Shown: positions 37,545 through 49,899 of the stretch, piece after piece
Layout: the number at the start of each line of letters is the position of its first letter
Position numbering within the stretch: position 1 is the stretch's first letter
Assembly (NCBI GenBank): GCA_048128005.1
Contig: JBEUKZ010000081.1
Coordinates: 124,001 to 188,000 of the forward strand
Direction: 5' to 3'
Length of the DNA stretch: 64,000 nt
Origin: Veleropilina oligotropha
Taxonomy: Eukaryota
The notes under the pieces: generated by a model
Seen by the model: the letters and a program-made list of their open reading frames with translations, nothing else
Database searches by the model: none
Told to the model about the DNA's origin: nothing
Position numbers and translations under genes: made by a program

Positions 37545-40500
37545 TTACTGGGCATCTTCTTGTGTGCTTTCTAGCAGCACGGTTAGCTTATGGATCGGAC
37601 GTTCGAGGATGGTGGCTTTCGTAAGACGCTTTCCAGACTTTGATAAAGATGGGTCGCCGATCTGAACTTCAACCTTTCTAACAAGGCCGTCATCATCATG
37701 AAAGGCTTTAGTGACTCTCGCTAGTCTCCAATGGGCACGAACAAGGTCTTTATCCTTTAAAATGACGATGTCACCAACTGCGACGTTCCGCTTTTGCTTG
37801 ATCCATTTTTGACGCTGTTGTAGGTTTTGAAGGTATTCGTTCTTCCAACGAGACCAGAACTCATTTGCGAGGTGTTGAACTCGTCTCCATCGCTTTCGGG
37901 CAAAGATGTCTTCTCTTGAGAAATTTCCAGGTGGAGGAACAATTACCTTTGACTTCATGGTTAATAGGTGATTAGGGGTGAGTGGCTCCGGTCCAGTTGG
38001 ATCATTTATATCTCGCGTGGTGAGAGGGCGGCTATTAACGATAGCCATGGCTTCGTAGAGAAATGTTCTAAGAGACGAAGTGTCTATCCTAGAGCCGTGT
38101 TGAAGAAGGATAGCAGAGAGAACGCTCCTCGTGGTACGTATCTGACGCTCCCAAACACCACCCATATGACTAGATGCAGGGGTGTTCATGACGAAGTCGC
38201 AGTGGTTGGCTGCCAGAAAGTTACGAATACTTTCTTCTTTGATTTCTTTCAAGGCCCTTTTTAATTCGTTTGCCGCGCCAACGAAGTTGGATCCTTGATC
38301 GCACCTTAGTGTTCTGACTGGACCTCGTAAGGCGATAAAACAGCGTAGACCGTTTATAAACGCATCAGTTGACATATCATCCAACGTCTCGATGTGGATT
38401 GCGCGAGATGCCATACATGTAAAAAGAAGCCCGTATCTCTTGATGCTCTTTCTTCCTTCTTTAACTTGAAAGGGGCCGAAGCAATCGATACCACAATATG
38501 TGAAAGGAGCTGAGGGTTCGAGACGCTCTTGGGGGAGATCTGCCATCTTCTGAGTTTGACAAGATCCTCTAAGCTTCCGACATTCCACACACTTGAATAT
38601 GAGCGAGGACACCGCCCTACTACATCCTAGTACCCAGAAGCCGTTTGCTCTCAGTTCGTTAATTGTGAATCCTCGACCTTGATGCTTTACCTTCTGGTGA
38701 TAGTGTTTAATGATGAGCCGCACAATATGACCATCTGAACTTGGGTTTGGCAGAATAACAGGATGCTTGGTATCGTATGCCAGTGATGAACGTTTCAGTC
38801 TTCCACCTACTCTCAGGATTCCTTGGTCGTCGACGAATGGGTTTAGCTTGTGTAACTGATTCCCTTTCGTTAACTCGTAATGCTGATCTTTCCTTAGAGC
38901 ATCGATCTCTTTTCTAAATGCAGCCTCTTGGATCCACTTGATGATCAGCTTCTCACTCTGGACAATATTTTCAATATTTGTTTTCAAATCTCCAATGGGT
39001 CCTTTCTTCTTCCTTGATATTAACTTGAGAAGAGCTGTTATGGCTAATACAGCCCTATTCCAATCTGAGAACTTCACCAGGCGTTCCAGAATAGTCTTGT
39101 TCTGGGTTGTTTCTGTTATCTTCACAGTTACTGGTTTCACTTCTGGGTCCTCCGGTGGTATCTCGATCCTAGATAATGGAGTGGTGCACAGGTTAGGCTT
39201 CCAGAGAAAGGCTGGCCCGGTGAACCAGTTGGATGACTTCAGGTGTTCCGCATTGAGCCCTCTCGAGGCATGATCTGCAGGATTTTCTTCACTTTTGACG
39301 TAGCGCCACTGATGCACTTCCGAGGAAGATCTTATCATCTGGATCCGATTGGCCACATAGATTCGAAATTTACGAGCATCACTGTTGATGTATCCTAAAA
39401 CAATCTGAGAATCTGTCCAGAAGTGATGTTCATGCTGTTGTCGTAACTCAGCCTTGAGGATCTTGCTTATCTTGATGGCGACTACGGCTGCTGTGAGTTC
39501 CAACCTGGGTATGGTGATAATCTTCAGAGGAGTGACTCTTGATTTGGCCATCACCAGTGCACAGTGGACCTGGTTCTTGTCATTCACAACTCTGAGATAT
39601 GAACATTGGCCATATCCACTGAAACTGGCATCTGAGAAGTGATGAAGTTCTCTGTGCACGATGGTACCGAAGTCTTCTGGCACAAGACATCTTGATATCT
39701 GTATTGCTGCAAGCTTGGGCAAATCGATCATCCAGCGATCCCATTTAGGCATCAGTTCGTCAGAAAGAAATTCATCCCAAGCAGCGTTCTCCCTACACAT
39801 TTGCTGCAATATTTGTTTACCGATGAGGATGAAAGGGGATAAACAGCCTAATGGATCAAAAACTGAAGCCACGGTCGCTAATATTCCTCTGCGGGTCCTT
39901 GGCTTCTCGTTGATAGTTATACGAAATTGGAAGGAGTCCGATTCGACGCACCATTGCATTCCTAATGGTCTTTCTATGGGTAGGTCATCAAAGTTGATAT
40001 CTCGTGTTTTCATCTCCTTTGCTTGTTCTGACTCTGGAATGCTCTTCATCACATTTCTGTTGTTGGAAATCAATTTATGCAGGCGTAGATTTCCTCTGGA
40101 GCAGATCTCGCGAGCATCTTCAACAAGTTGTATAGCCTCCTCAACAGTGTCGCAGCTTCTAAGACCATCGTCCACATAGAAATCATTCATTAGGTATTCT
40201 GTAGCTTCTGGTCCAAATTCATTCTCATTGTCCCTGGCTAATTTCTTGAGGCCATAATTAGCGCAGCCAGGTGAACTAGTGGCCCCAAAGAGGTGAACCG
40301 TCATCCTGTAGATAGTTGGTTCATTCTTCAAATAGTCTCCGTCCTTCCACCAGAGGAACTGTAGGTAATTCCTATCTTCAGGATTGACCTTGAAACGATG
40401 AAACATGCTCTCTATGTCTCCCATTACTGCAATGGGTTTCTCTCGGAATCTGCATAAGACGCCAACTAAAGAGTTGATTAAGTCCGGCCCGGGTAAGAGA

Positions 40501-43436
40501 TGATCATTCAGTGACGTGTCTTTATACCTTGCGCTACCATCGAAAACAACGCGTATCTTGTCAGGTTTTTTGGGATGGTATACCCCATGGTGCGGGATAT
40601 ACCAAACAGTACCCTTGTTATTTTCAACAGGAGCTTCTTCTGCGTCACCTCTAGACAACATATCAGTCATGAACCTTTTGTAATCAGCAAAGTACTTCGG
40701 GTCACGTACGAATCGTCTCTTAAGATGATCTAATCGCTTCTCGGCCATCCTTAGATTGTTGGGTAATGATGGTCTTTCATATTTGAATGGCAACGGCATC
40801 TCGTAAAAACCTTCATCGTTCTGATGAATACCTTCCTGGATGATCTTTGAGAACCTTAAATCATTCTGAGATAGAGTGCCAACATCTTGATCAGTCTTTG
40901 TTTCGATGAAGTCAGATTCAAGGATCCGTACTATCTTTGGCAAAATCATTTCTTCCTGAACCTTACTTCTGTGTGATATATGTTCTTCATCATCGTCGGT
41001 GCCCTGGATTATTCCTACTATGCTCCATCCTAATTTGGTTTCCACACCAAAGGGATCATCTGCTTCTCCTAGCTTCGCATTCAGAGGTGCCATGGCCTGC
41101 GGGCAATTGTACCCAATTAATAGTCCAACGTCGCAGTCTTGTAGTGGCATGATCTTGTCCTCCAGGTTACGTAAGTGAGGCCATCTTCTGGCGACTTCTG
41201 GAGTTGGAATATGTGATCTATTCATCGGAATATAGCTTCTTGTGTAAGTCATCGGTAGTGATATTGTCTGCTTGGAGTTTATTCCTCTGATCCGAAGACC
41301 CCTTACCTTCATGCTATCTACAACAGTAGAAGATGTCATGGTAGATATCTTTAGTCTTGTTGGCTCGGCTTGTGCGTTTAGCCTCTTCGTGGTTTCATCT
41401 GTTATGAAGGTGGTGTCACTCTGTGTATCGAGCAAGGCATATATTAAGGTTTCTTTACTTGGCTCGTCTTCTGTTGATATGTACACTGGAACAGTCATGG
41501 AACATCTAAGATCATTACTCTCTGGTTGTGTTGCTCGATGAACTGTAGCAGGTTCATTCCTTGTGACGTTATCCTCATCCTTCTGGGTTGTGGTCTTGAG
41601 TGAAGGGTGAAGAGCTTCATAATCACCATGGATGCATGTAGGATGTTTACCCTTACACCTTTCGCAGATACTCTTCTTCTTACATTCCTTGACCATATGA
41701 CCGGACCTTAAACAACCGTGGCAAAGACCTTTCTTCATGATAAAATGGTTTCGTTCCCTCGGTGTCTTACTGCAGAACAGCTGACATCGATAAATGCTGT
41801 GTCCTGTCTTCTCACAATGAATGCAATTTCCTGTTCTAGTATCTGTCATGGTTGTAGTTGAATTTTCGGTGACGGACGAAGTATCAGCGGTAGGTTCCGA
41901 GGTATGCATGTCACTCATGAAGGTATTAGCTGATGGTCCCCTTTTAGGCTTTCGCGGTTCAATTGGCTTCTGTCCTAATGATGTTATCGGATTACAGACA
42001 ATGTCTGCTTCTCTTGTCAAGAAGTCGACAAATCTACAGAAGTTGGGATAAGTCTTTTCATTGGCAACTATTCTTCCCCATCTACGGGCGAGCCAGTCCG
42101 GAAGTTTCTCAAGTATCTTTCTGTTTTCACGACAGTCATTCAAGATTCTCAAATCGTCTATGTGTGTCATGGCCGTGCGACATTGTCTCAAAAAGTCAGA
42201 GAGTCTGCGTAAACCTTTGTAATCGCCACCTCCGAGTTTTGGCCAGGCGTCTAGTTTATTCCTGAATGCTTCAGACACGATAAATGAGTTGCCGTATCTC
42301 TCTTCTAGTATTGCACGCGCATCGTTGTATGCAGATTCTGTGTTGAAATAGAACAACGCTTCAACTGCTTCTCTGGCTTCGCCCTTCAGATACTGTTTCA
42401 TGTAATAAATCCTTTCAGTAGACGGTATTTGTCTTGATTCAATAAGGGCCGAAAATGAACTCTTCCAGGCAGGATACTGTAGTGGATCACCATCAAAGTC
42501 TGGAGGCTCTGGTACGGGTAGACGACTAAGATTCAAGGAGTCGCTGAATGTCTTCATAAGATTGTTAAGGCTTGCATCTCCAGGTGTCGTAGATATATGT
42601 GGTTGCGGAAAGAACGGTGAAGCTGCAACATTTAAAGATTTGTTGAGGTGGTTGTCATTAATCGTTGGACGTGAAGGTGGTAGCTTAAAACGGTATACGT
42701 CGTCGGCGTCCTTATCCTCGCTTTCCAAAATTTGTAATTCGACTTTGGTTTTCTTGAGTTCTGTAATCATTCTCTGGTCTTCAATTTGTTGCCTTTTGGC
42801 CTCCAACTCTGATTCAAGACGTTTCAACTCTAATTTCCGTTGGTTCTCTTCCCCTTTTGCTTCAATTTCTACCTGCAAGGTGGCTGCACGAGCAGCTAAT
42901 AAAATCTTTTTTGATGAAGTTGTACTAGAACTGCGGCTTTGACCGGAGTAGAGACTTCCCTCAACTTCATCAGTTGTTGTACGTTGAATCAATGATTCAA
43001 AGTCGGCCTTGTAACGGTCCATGTAACGTCGGACGTCTTGGGGAATGGTACCTCTTAGTGTTTTTCTAATGGCATCATATGCAATGTCCAAATCTTCCAT
43101 AGATTCCTTGAGTCTTCTATTTATGGTTGGTAGGTCCTTTTGCTTAGAAAGATGTGTTATGTCTAAATCCATATCTGTATCTCTAATTACCTGCCCAGCT
43201 TTCTTCACAGCATACCAGAACTCGTCGAATGAATGATGTTCTTGTTCGATATTTTCTTGAAGCTTCCATGTTGGTTTCCTGTCTCTGTCGCTGCGTCTGA
43301 TTTCTGTGGTAGTATCGTGGAGGCGTTCTAAATCTGGCAAGCTTGCTCTCGAGTGGTGTACTGGGTGGGTTTCATATAGTGACTTACTTAACTCATGCAA
43401 GGTGGATTTATGATCAGTACCCTTATTAATACTCAT
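37545..43436 (-). CDS. BEL/Pao Gag-Pol polyprotein, 1963 aa (Gag zinc knuckles, aspartic protease, RT, RNase H, integrase)
   Basis: Three Cys/His knuckles (CIHCEKTGHSIYRC, CHGCLRSGHMVKEC, CERCKGKHPTCIH); protease ALLDTQS; RT FYVDD; RNase H FSDAS/WTDS/NPADHASRG; integrase GIDCFGP, CDQGSNF, GVWERQI. Domain order PR-RT-RH-IN with triple knuckle is typical of BEL/Pao. Confidence 0.97.
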   Translation of the reverse strand: MSINKGTDHKSTLHELSKSLYETHPVHHSRASLPDLERLHDTTTEIRRSDRDRKPTWKLQENIEQEHHSFDEFWYAVKKAGQVIRDTDMDLDITHLSKQKDLPTINRRLKESMEDLDIAYDAIRKTLRGTIPQDVRRYMDRYKADFESLIQRTTTDEVEGSLYSGQSRSSSTTSSKKILLAARAATLQVEIEAKGEENQRKLELKRLESELEAKRQQIEDQRMITELKKTKVELQILESEDKDADDVYRFKLPPSRPTINDNHLNKSLNVAASPFFPQPHISTTPGDASLNNLMKTFSDSLNLSRLPVPEPPDFDGDPLQYPAWKSSFSALIESRQIPSTERIYYMKQYLKGEAREAVEALFYFNTESAYNDARAILEERYGNSFIVSEAFRNKLDAWPKLGGGDYKGLRRLSDFLRQCRTAMTHIDDLRILNDCRENRKILEKLPDWLARRWGRIVANEKTYPNFCRFVDFLTREADIVCNPITSLGQKPIEPRKPKRGPSANTFMSDMHTSEPTADTSSVTENSTTTMTDTRTGNCIHCEKTGHSIYRCQLFCSKTPRERNHFIMKKGLCHGCLRSGHMVKECKKKSICERCKGKHPTCIHGDYEALHPSLKTTTQKDEDNVTRNEPATVHRATQPESNDLRCSMTVPVYISTEDEPSKETLIYALLDTQSDTTFITDETTKRLNAQAEPTRLKISTMTSSTVVDSMKVRGLRIRGINSKQTISLPMTYTRSYIPMNRSHIPTPEVARRWPHLRNLEDKIMPLQDCDVGLLIGYNCPQAMAPLNAKLGEADDPFGVETKLGWSIVGIIQGTDDDEEHISHRSKVQEEMILPKIVRILESDFIETKTDQDVGTLSQNDLRFSKIIQEGIHQNDEGFYEMPLPFKYERPSLPNNLRMAEKRLDHLKRRFVRDPKYFADYKRFMTDMLSRGDAEEAPVENNKGTVWYIPHHGVYHPKKPDKIRVVFDGSARYKDTSLNDHLLPGPDLINSLVGVLCRFREKPIAVMGDIESMFHRFKVNPEDRNYLQFLWWKDGDYLKNEPTIYRMTVHLFGATSSPGCANYGLKKLARDNENEFGPEATEYLMNDFYVDDGLRSCDTVEEAIQLVEDAREICSRGNLRLHKLISNNRNVMKSIPESEQAKEMKTRDINFDDLPIERPLGMQWCVESDSFQFRITINEKPRTRRGILATVASVFDPLGCLSPFILIGKQILQQMCRENAAWDEFLSDELMPKWDRWMIDLPKLAAIQISRCLVPEDFGTIVHRELHHFSDASFSGYGQCSYLRVVNDKNQVHCALVMAKSRVTPLKIITIPRLELTAAVVAIKISKILKAELRQQHEHHFWTDSQIVLGYINSDARKFRIYVANRIQMIRSSSEVHQWRYVKSEENPADHASRGLNAEHLKSSNWFTGPAFLWKPNLCTTPLSRIEIPPEDPEVKPVTVKITETTQNKTILERLVKFSDWNRAVLAITALLKLISRKKKGPIGDLKTNIENIVQSEKLIIKWIQEAAFRKEIDALRKDQHYELTKGNQLHKLNPFVDDQGILRVGGRLKRSSLAYDTKHPVILPNPSSDGHIVRLIIKHYHQKVKHQGRGFTINELRANGFWVLGCSRAVSSLIFKCVECRKLRGSCQTQKMADLPQERLEPSAPFTYCGIDCFGPFQVKEGRKSIKRYGLLFTCMASRAIHIETLDDMSTDAFINGLRCFIALRGPVRTLRCDQGSNFVGAANELKRALKEIKEESIRNFLAANHCDFVMNTPASSHMGGVWERQIRTTRSVLSAILLQHGSRIDTSSLRTFLYEAMAIVNSRPLTTRDINDPTGPEPLTPNHLLTMKSKVIVPPPGNFSREDIFARKRWRRVQHLANEFWSRWKNEYLQNLQQRQKWIKQKRNVAVGDIVILKDKDLVRAHWRLARVTKAFHDDDGLVRKVEVQIGDPSLSKSGKRLTKATILERPIHKLTVLLESTQEDAQ

Positions 43437-44108
43437 AATGAATGTTTATGTTTGTCAGGTTTGTGTGCGTGTTTACAACTGTCTGACAGTCCATAAATTC
43501 ACGATCATATTTCAAACATAAATCTTGGTAAGTACATTAGGGTAGTAATTCATATCAAAATCTAGTATCAGAACCACATGATTTGTGATTAGATGTTCAC
43601 CAATAAATTCTACTGAGAGTATAGGATAATTTCAATGACATTGATTTTCATACCAATTAGTTCTTAACGGTATAACATCTTTAATACGTGTCATAAAGAA
43701 TCAAGTTGGGCTAGACTTTATCCTGGATAGTACTAATATCTATGGATAATTGTAGCAATATTTGTCAGGAGCATTAAAGTCATCAAATATGTACGGTAAT
43801 TCAAACATGCATCACATCAAAATACTATATCAATTGCATATGCATTTAAATCAATCGCGTTGTTCGTTTCCAAAAATATATCGTTGATAACTTATCCAAT
43901 ATCATGTATCAAGTAAAGGCATTCAGTATATCATGATCAGTTATATTCATCATTATCTAGTCAAACCTATTACAATTCAAAAGTCCCTTGAAGTGTACCG
44001 GATCCATTGCTTCACATTTTCCTGATGTACTAAGGAAGGTCATGTCGATGTAGTGATGTCGTAGGTCTCGTCTTGGGTAGGTTGCGGACTGTGGTAGTAG
44101 TCGTTGAC

Positions 44109-45322
44109 TGTGGCGGTGTGCAGCTAGCGAAAGTCAAGTCAACCCGGAGTGTTGTAAATACAGATTTATTCCTCGATGAAGAACAAGCCGATAAGAATAA
44201 ACCGTCAACTGGAATGATACAAAATCCAAACGTTGCATTAGTTTCTATATTATCATTCAGTTAACATTCTACGATAATTCAGTTACAGGTAAATATCAAG
44301 ACACATGTACATGATACTAAGCCAAAACACAAGTGTATGACAATGAGCTAACTGCAAGTGTATCATATTAAGCCATGACGTGAACATAAGTATCACAATG
44401 ACAAACAGGGGTATATATATATATATCAATATGATAGTGAGAGATACATATAATATTACGTTAGTGCATAATACAGCAGTACATGTATGAACAGACAATT
44501 CAAAGCAGATATCATCAAGTTAATACAATAACAATAATACTGACCGACTTTGGGCCATCTAGGAGCTAGCGTTTGCACAGGTAAGTATCAGGATCTTCAT
44601 GGTCACTTCAATGGTCATTCAGGTGCAACGACACTGGTAAATAACAAACGTTCCAGTAAATACAAGGTCAACTAATGGTCTTAACATTAAATGTATGTAA
44701 CGTATTCAAACATTGGTACATAATATCGAAGTAAACAAGTACAAACTAGCAATTTACTATGGTTGCAAAATATAGGGCATATATACCTTTAACGCCTTGA
44801 TGCTAACATGACATCATAGAATAGTAATAATAATCAGAGTTCACTTATGACGTACAACGATATCTAATAATAATGAACTTACAAGTTCTTGAGAATATAT
44901 CTTCATATAGTGAATTCAGGAAATGCCTTTCGTAGGGTAAATATAGTCATAAACACAGATACACAATTTGTGTCAGCCAAATGAACGGCGCGTCTCAGAT
45001 CAACACGTGTGCGCACTAATACCAAATATAGTGCACATATATCATGGAGTCAAGTAAACCAAATGAAAAGAATATATATTCGACTTGCTAATTAGTTGTA
45101 ATACAAATAGTACAAGTCTGAGAGTAAAAATGGACTAATTGCGCTTCCATCCAGTGCCAAACGACATGGGACTATTTGTCATATTGACAGCGTGTGAATT
45201 AAACAGCGGCATTGTTTTAAGGTCAGACAAGGTATCACGTGACATATCATGTGACACATGCAATATATCGTAAACAAGGACACGTGTAGTATTGATAAAC
45301 GATCGAGGTAGGTGCAGCTACA
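44109..45322 (-). repeat. 5' LTR of the BEL/Pao element
   Basis: Direct repeat of 36223-37436 at offset 7886; no difference found by eye, including the (TA)n tract. Confidence 0.95.
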
Positions 45323-46002
45323 CCCATGGTACATTACCTAACTCAGTTTACAGTAATTATTTATTAACGACCCACAGGATTTCCCGTTACAGCATGACGT
45401 TTTCATGGGCCCAATCACCTCACACTACTTTTCAATACATGTACATTGATCACCAATCAATTCTACATCTTTAGAATTCATTCAATGATACATATTTAAG
45501 ATTAAGATTAAAATTAAAATTAAACAATATATCATGCTCAATATGTGTCCTGGTTATTATTTATCGACAGAGAGAAGCTGCATATGTACCATGATAAGGC
45601 AAAAGCTAGAGACAATTATTGGGATAAATCATAATGTTATCATGTTTTAAAACAGTAAAATTTTAAGTCATATCATGTCTGTTTATCCTCTTTACCAATG
45701 TTTCAGTCAGAATATATGCTTTACGTCTCTGGTCGTTGGATGGCTTAAAGATTTTGAAGCATTGAAGCATCATTAGACCAGCCTCAGTGGCATCACATAA
45801 TGTCTGTGGCCACTATGTGATAATGATGGTACTGTCAATGTATACTGGAGCAACACAATAGCCCACTGGAAAATCCTTTCACAGGAACCAAAATCACGAA
45901 AAACAAATTTAAAATAAACAAGAACAGACCATAGTAGTACATAAAAAAAGAAAAAAGTAACTTTCTATCTGAAAACAGCCAAGACGATGTCTCATAATAG
46001 CA

Positions 46003-46285
46003 GCGCTGCGACAGTTGTGTGTTATCAGTTGTGTGTTATCAGTTGTGGACTCTGAAAAATCACTGGCTTGATTCGCTGATGTGAACAGTAATATGGGTCA
46101 AAACTCGGCTGGGCATCACATATTTGTTCAAGTCATGAATCACAGTTGTCTGTAACTGGTCGGAGAGGGTGGGTTTCCTCAGGCATTGTTACTGGGTTTT
46201 CCTCCTGCTATTATATGGACATGTTCTGCTATCAACCAAATGATGGCTGGAAATATACACCACATTAAGCATCGATCCTTTCCTT
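46003..46285 (+). mobile_element. Old SINE, family B
   Basis: Shares GACTCTGAAA..ATCACTGG and CAGTTGTCTGTAACTGGTCGGAGAGGGTG with 35843-36102. Confidence 0.55.
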
Positions 46286-46316
46286 TCTCTTGATGGCTGA
46301 CGCCAGGTACAAAACT

Positions 46317-47043
46317 AACAAGAACGACGCGTTCGAAATATGTCTTGACCTTTCTTTATTTCCCTCAAATTTTCATAACAGTTAATACAATGGCTAAGTG
46401 CAAGTACTTCATGGCTTAATTTACTACCCCGTCGATTGTGACGTCACCAAATGACGATTAATCTAAAGCGACGTCGTAATGACGTCATTGCTATTTGCTT
46501 GCAATATTAGACATCCGTTATATACAAATATGGATAAAAGTGCTCAATAAATGCATATTTTTGCAAAATTGTGTCGCGAAAGTTATATACACGACCTACA
46601 AATACTCTTGGGAATGTGTGTACCAATTTTGGTGAAAATTGAGCGGGTAGGTTTCAAATAAATCGACGGATATATATATATATAAGTATACAAGAACGAC
46701 GCGTTCGAAATATGTCTTGACCTTTCTTTATTTCTAATTTTCATAACAGTTATAACGTTACAATGGTTAAGTGCAAGTACATCATGGCTTAATTTACTAC
46801 CCCGTCTAATGTGACGTCACTCAATGACGATTACTCTAAAGCTACGTCATAATGACGTCATTGCTATTTGCTTGCAATATTAGACATCAGTTACATACGA
46901 ATATGGATTAAAGTGCTCAATAAATGCATATTTTTGCAAAATTGTGTCGCGAAAGTTATATACACGACCTACAAATACTCTTGGGAATGTGTGTACCAAT
47001 TTTGGTGAAAATTGATCCAGTAGTTTTCAAAATAATCAGCGGA

Positions 47044-47080
<37 letters not shown>

Positions 47081-47234
47081 ATACACTCGGACCATTTGAT
47101 AATGTCTTGTCCTTTTTTACAAAAAGGTCAAGACATAATAAGTATATAAGTATATATGTATATATGTATATACACACGGACCATTTGATATCAGATAATG
47201 TCTTGTCCTTTTTTACAAAAAGGTCAAGACATAA
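46317..47234. mobile_element. HINE-like element with duplicated ~373-bp body and duplicated end hairpin
   Basis: ACAAGAACGACGCGTTCG starts at 46318 and 46690; (TA)n; TGTCTTGTCCTTTTTTACAAAAAGGTCAAGACA hairpin present twice. Confidence 0.7.
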
Positions 47235-48389
47235 AAATGGGAATTATGGCCGAATACCAAGTCCAATGCAAGAGCAGTGAATAGGTATTTACCCTGTGTC
47301 TCTCCAATGAAAACATTAATTCATCTACAGAATCTATAATTGTTAACATCTGGTAGAATACTGCACTTGCCTATAAAATAAGCTTCCTGCGCTATTAGTG
47401 AACGCAAATTACCAAATCATCTGCTAGTGCTAGCAAGATTATTCCACCTCTGGCCATACATATATTTGACTAATGTGTGTAGATATAGGCAATCTCCCAT
47501 TCCTTGTGGCATGATGCCATGAAGAAAGAGTTGGCCTGCCACATACATGTGATAAACCCAAAATACCATTCCAGGAGGTTGGGGTCAATATTCCAGAACA
47601 TTCCAGAAGCATTTTTATCGGATCATTTTATCGTTGATTTCGTCATATATTTGAAATTATTTGAATAAAAAGGCATTCATAGAAATAAAATATTATTTTA
47701 TTCATGCAATCAAAACAATACCAATAAATATTATAATTAAATATATATATATTAAACACCATAAAATAATTATACAATACAACCTTAAATATTTACAATG
47801 CTTACTATATATATCTTCAGTCAAGTACATAATGCACAGCCTTAATTACTTAATTACTTGATCAGCATAGTAACATATGTTGTCATAACAAAATTAAACC
47901 TCAACAAGTCGATTATCATTAATCCTCTTATATTTTTAAATCCAGATTACCTTTGCGGTTAGGCCTAATAGCTATGTACTTTGCCGATAAACGCGAACTT
48001 GTATTAAATCACTCGAGCTCAGAGCATGTCAGTTGCGCTAATCCCTATTATTTGGCAATTCTACTGAAACTTGAAACCGCCATTCTCGCTAGTAATTAAA
48101 CAATAGACGTGTTCATAGCATTTATTCCCAATTAATTTGCTTTATTAGCTCTATTGACATCTAATTCTTTGTGAACTACGGGCCTACATCAAATAGATCA
48201 CAAAGTTGATTCGAAAATTATCTTCGTATTAAATAGTAGAAATTTAAATACCCGGTGCGAGATTATTTTGTAACGCAATAAAAAGAGATATGTAAGTCGG
48301 AAAACACTCGTATATTTCCGTAAGTAGTTCTCGAAATTACTGCGCGACAGCTATCAACACAAAAGCACGCTTCAATGTTTCAACAAAAG

Positions 48390-48490
48390 AACCACAAAGT
48401 CCTCACACATCACATAACCACAAAGTCCTCACATGTAACAGAACCACAAAGTCCTCACACGTCATAGAACCACAAAGTCCTCACACGTCA
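48390..48490 (+). repeat. 26-bp tandem repeat x4 (AACCACAAAGTCCTCACA core)
   Basis: Direct periodicity. Confidence 0.9.
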
Positions 48491-48755
48491 CTTTCCCAAG
48501 TAGCCAACAAGGCTCCAACGACAGCATCAGCTGGCTGGCTTGAAGGTAAAAATAACTTGAAGAATGTTTCTCTAATAACACAAACAATGTCAGTCACAGA
48601 AACTATATAAGCATCTTATGATTGTCATTTGCATGAATGTCACCATATTTTATTGTTAATCTCGAACTTCAACATTCTTAAGCCGGGAACTAACATGCAT
48701 CTACTGATTATTTTGTAACAGGTAGATGTTCATTAGGCGGCCGAATAAACCTGCC

Positions 48756-48799
48756 GGTAACTATCGGTAACTATCGGTAACTATCGGTAACTATCGGTA
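48756..48799 (+). repeat. 10-bp tandem repeat (CGGTAACTAT) x4
   Basis: Direct periodicity. Confidence 0.9.
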
Positions 48800-49218
48800 G
48801 GCATTTGAGCGCTCACCTACCATTTTTATATCAGCTGGTTTGAACAGATCGAATGACGTTTCAAGTCTAATTTAGGTCAATTTTCTCTCCAGTTATTAAT
48901 TTCTTTTGAAAAGACTTAACAAGCAAATCGGTGTCGATTTCAATAACCATCGGTGTCGATTTCAATAACCGGCCGGATTATTTTCCAACCGGAAAAGAAA
49001 TAATCGGTCCGGCGATACATGCTCATCTACCGATGCTACCGATTTAGCAATCGGCTGGAAAAATCAGTAGATGACTTCTCGGCTTTAGAAGTCGTCGAAA
49101 ATGAGTTGGATCGCGAAGTGTATAACAGTGAAGACAGAAACAATGAAGGGAATTGGATTAATTTAAACAAAATTAAACAGAGCTCCTCCAATGAACTAAA
49201 TGAAATATTATATCTGAC

Positions 49219-49461
49219 ATCACTGAATATCACTGAATATCACTGAATATCACTGGATACCACTGAATATCACTGAATATCACTGGATATCACTGAATAT
49301 CACTGAATATCACTGGATATCACTGAATATCACTGAATATCACTGGATATCACTGAATATCACTGGATATCACTGAATATCACTGGATATCACTGAATAT
49401 CACTGAATATCACTGGATATCACTGAATATCACTGAATATCACTGAATATCACTGAATATC
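49219..49461 (+). repeat. 10-bp minisatellite (ATCACTGRAT)n, about 24 copies
   Basis: Direct periodicity with A/G variants. Confidence 0.97.
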
Positions 49462-49899
49462 TGGAGACAGTAACTCACATATTATGTTGATTCACACAAT
49501 TTATGTTAATCCATATTATTTATTATAATCCATACTGTGACACTGTTGATCTATACTATTTACAACTGGTTGCAAACATGCGTATATACATTACTACATA
49601 CTACGTGCCAACATTTTTCACCAGATGCAACTGCAGGTCGCTTTCTTATTATGCAATACACTTCATTATTAGCAGCTAGACAACTAATCATTAGAGAAAT
49701 TACCTGTAATGCGGTCTGGCCATGTATTATAAATATCATCCAAAGCTGAATATCTATTACATTGAAGATAATGAACGTTAAAACTAGTGTTCAAATGCAA
49801 ATATTACATGAAGCAGCATTTGCTGCAGTAAACGAATTAACGTCCATACGTATCTCTCCCAGTGTAAGACTGCTGCAGATATACAGATATAATATATAA

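Larger units (their letters stand above)
36223..45322 (-). mobile_element. Full-length BEL/Pao LTR retrotransposon
   Basis: Two 1214-bp direct repeats with TGT...ACA ends; 5-bp TSD CCCAT (36218-36222 and 45323-45327); single gag-pol ORF; polypurine tract next to the 3' LTR. Confidence 0.97.

Noticed and set aside
37757..43236. Multiple antisense and alternate-frame ORFs over the BEL polyprotein
   Set aside because: Shadow ORFs of a long coding region with no recognisable motifs.
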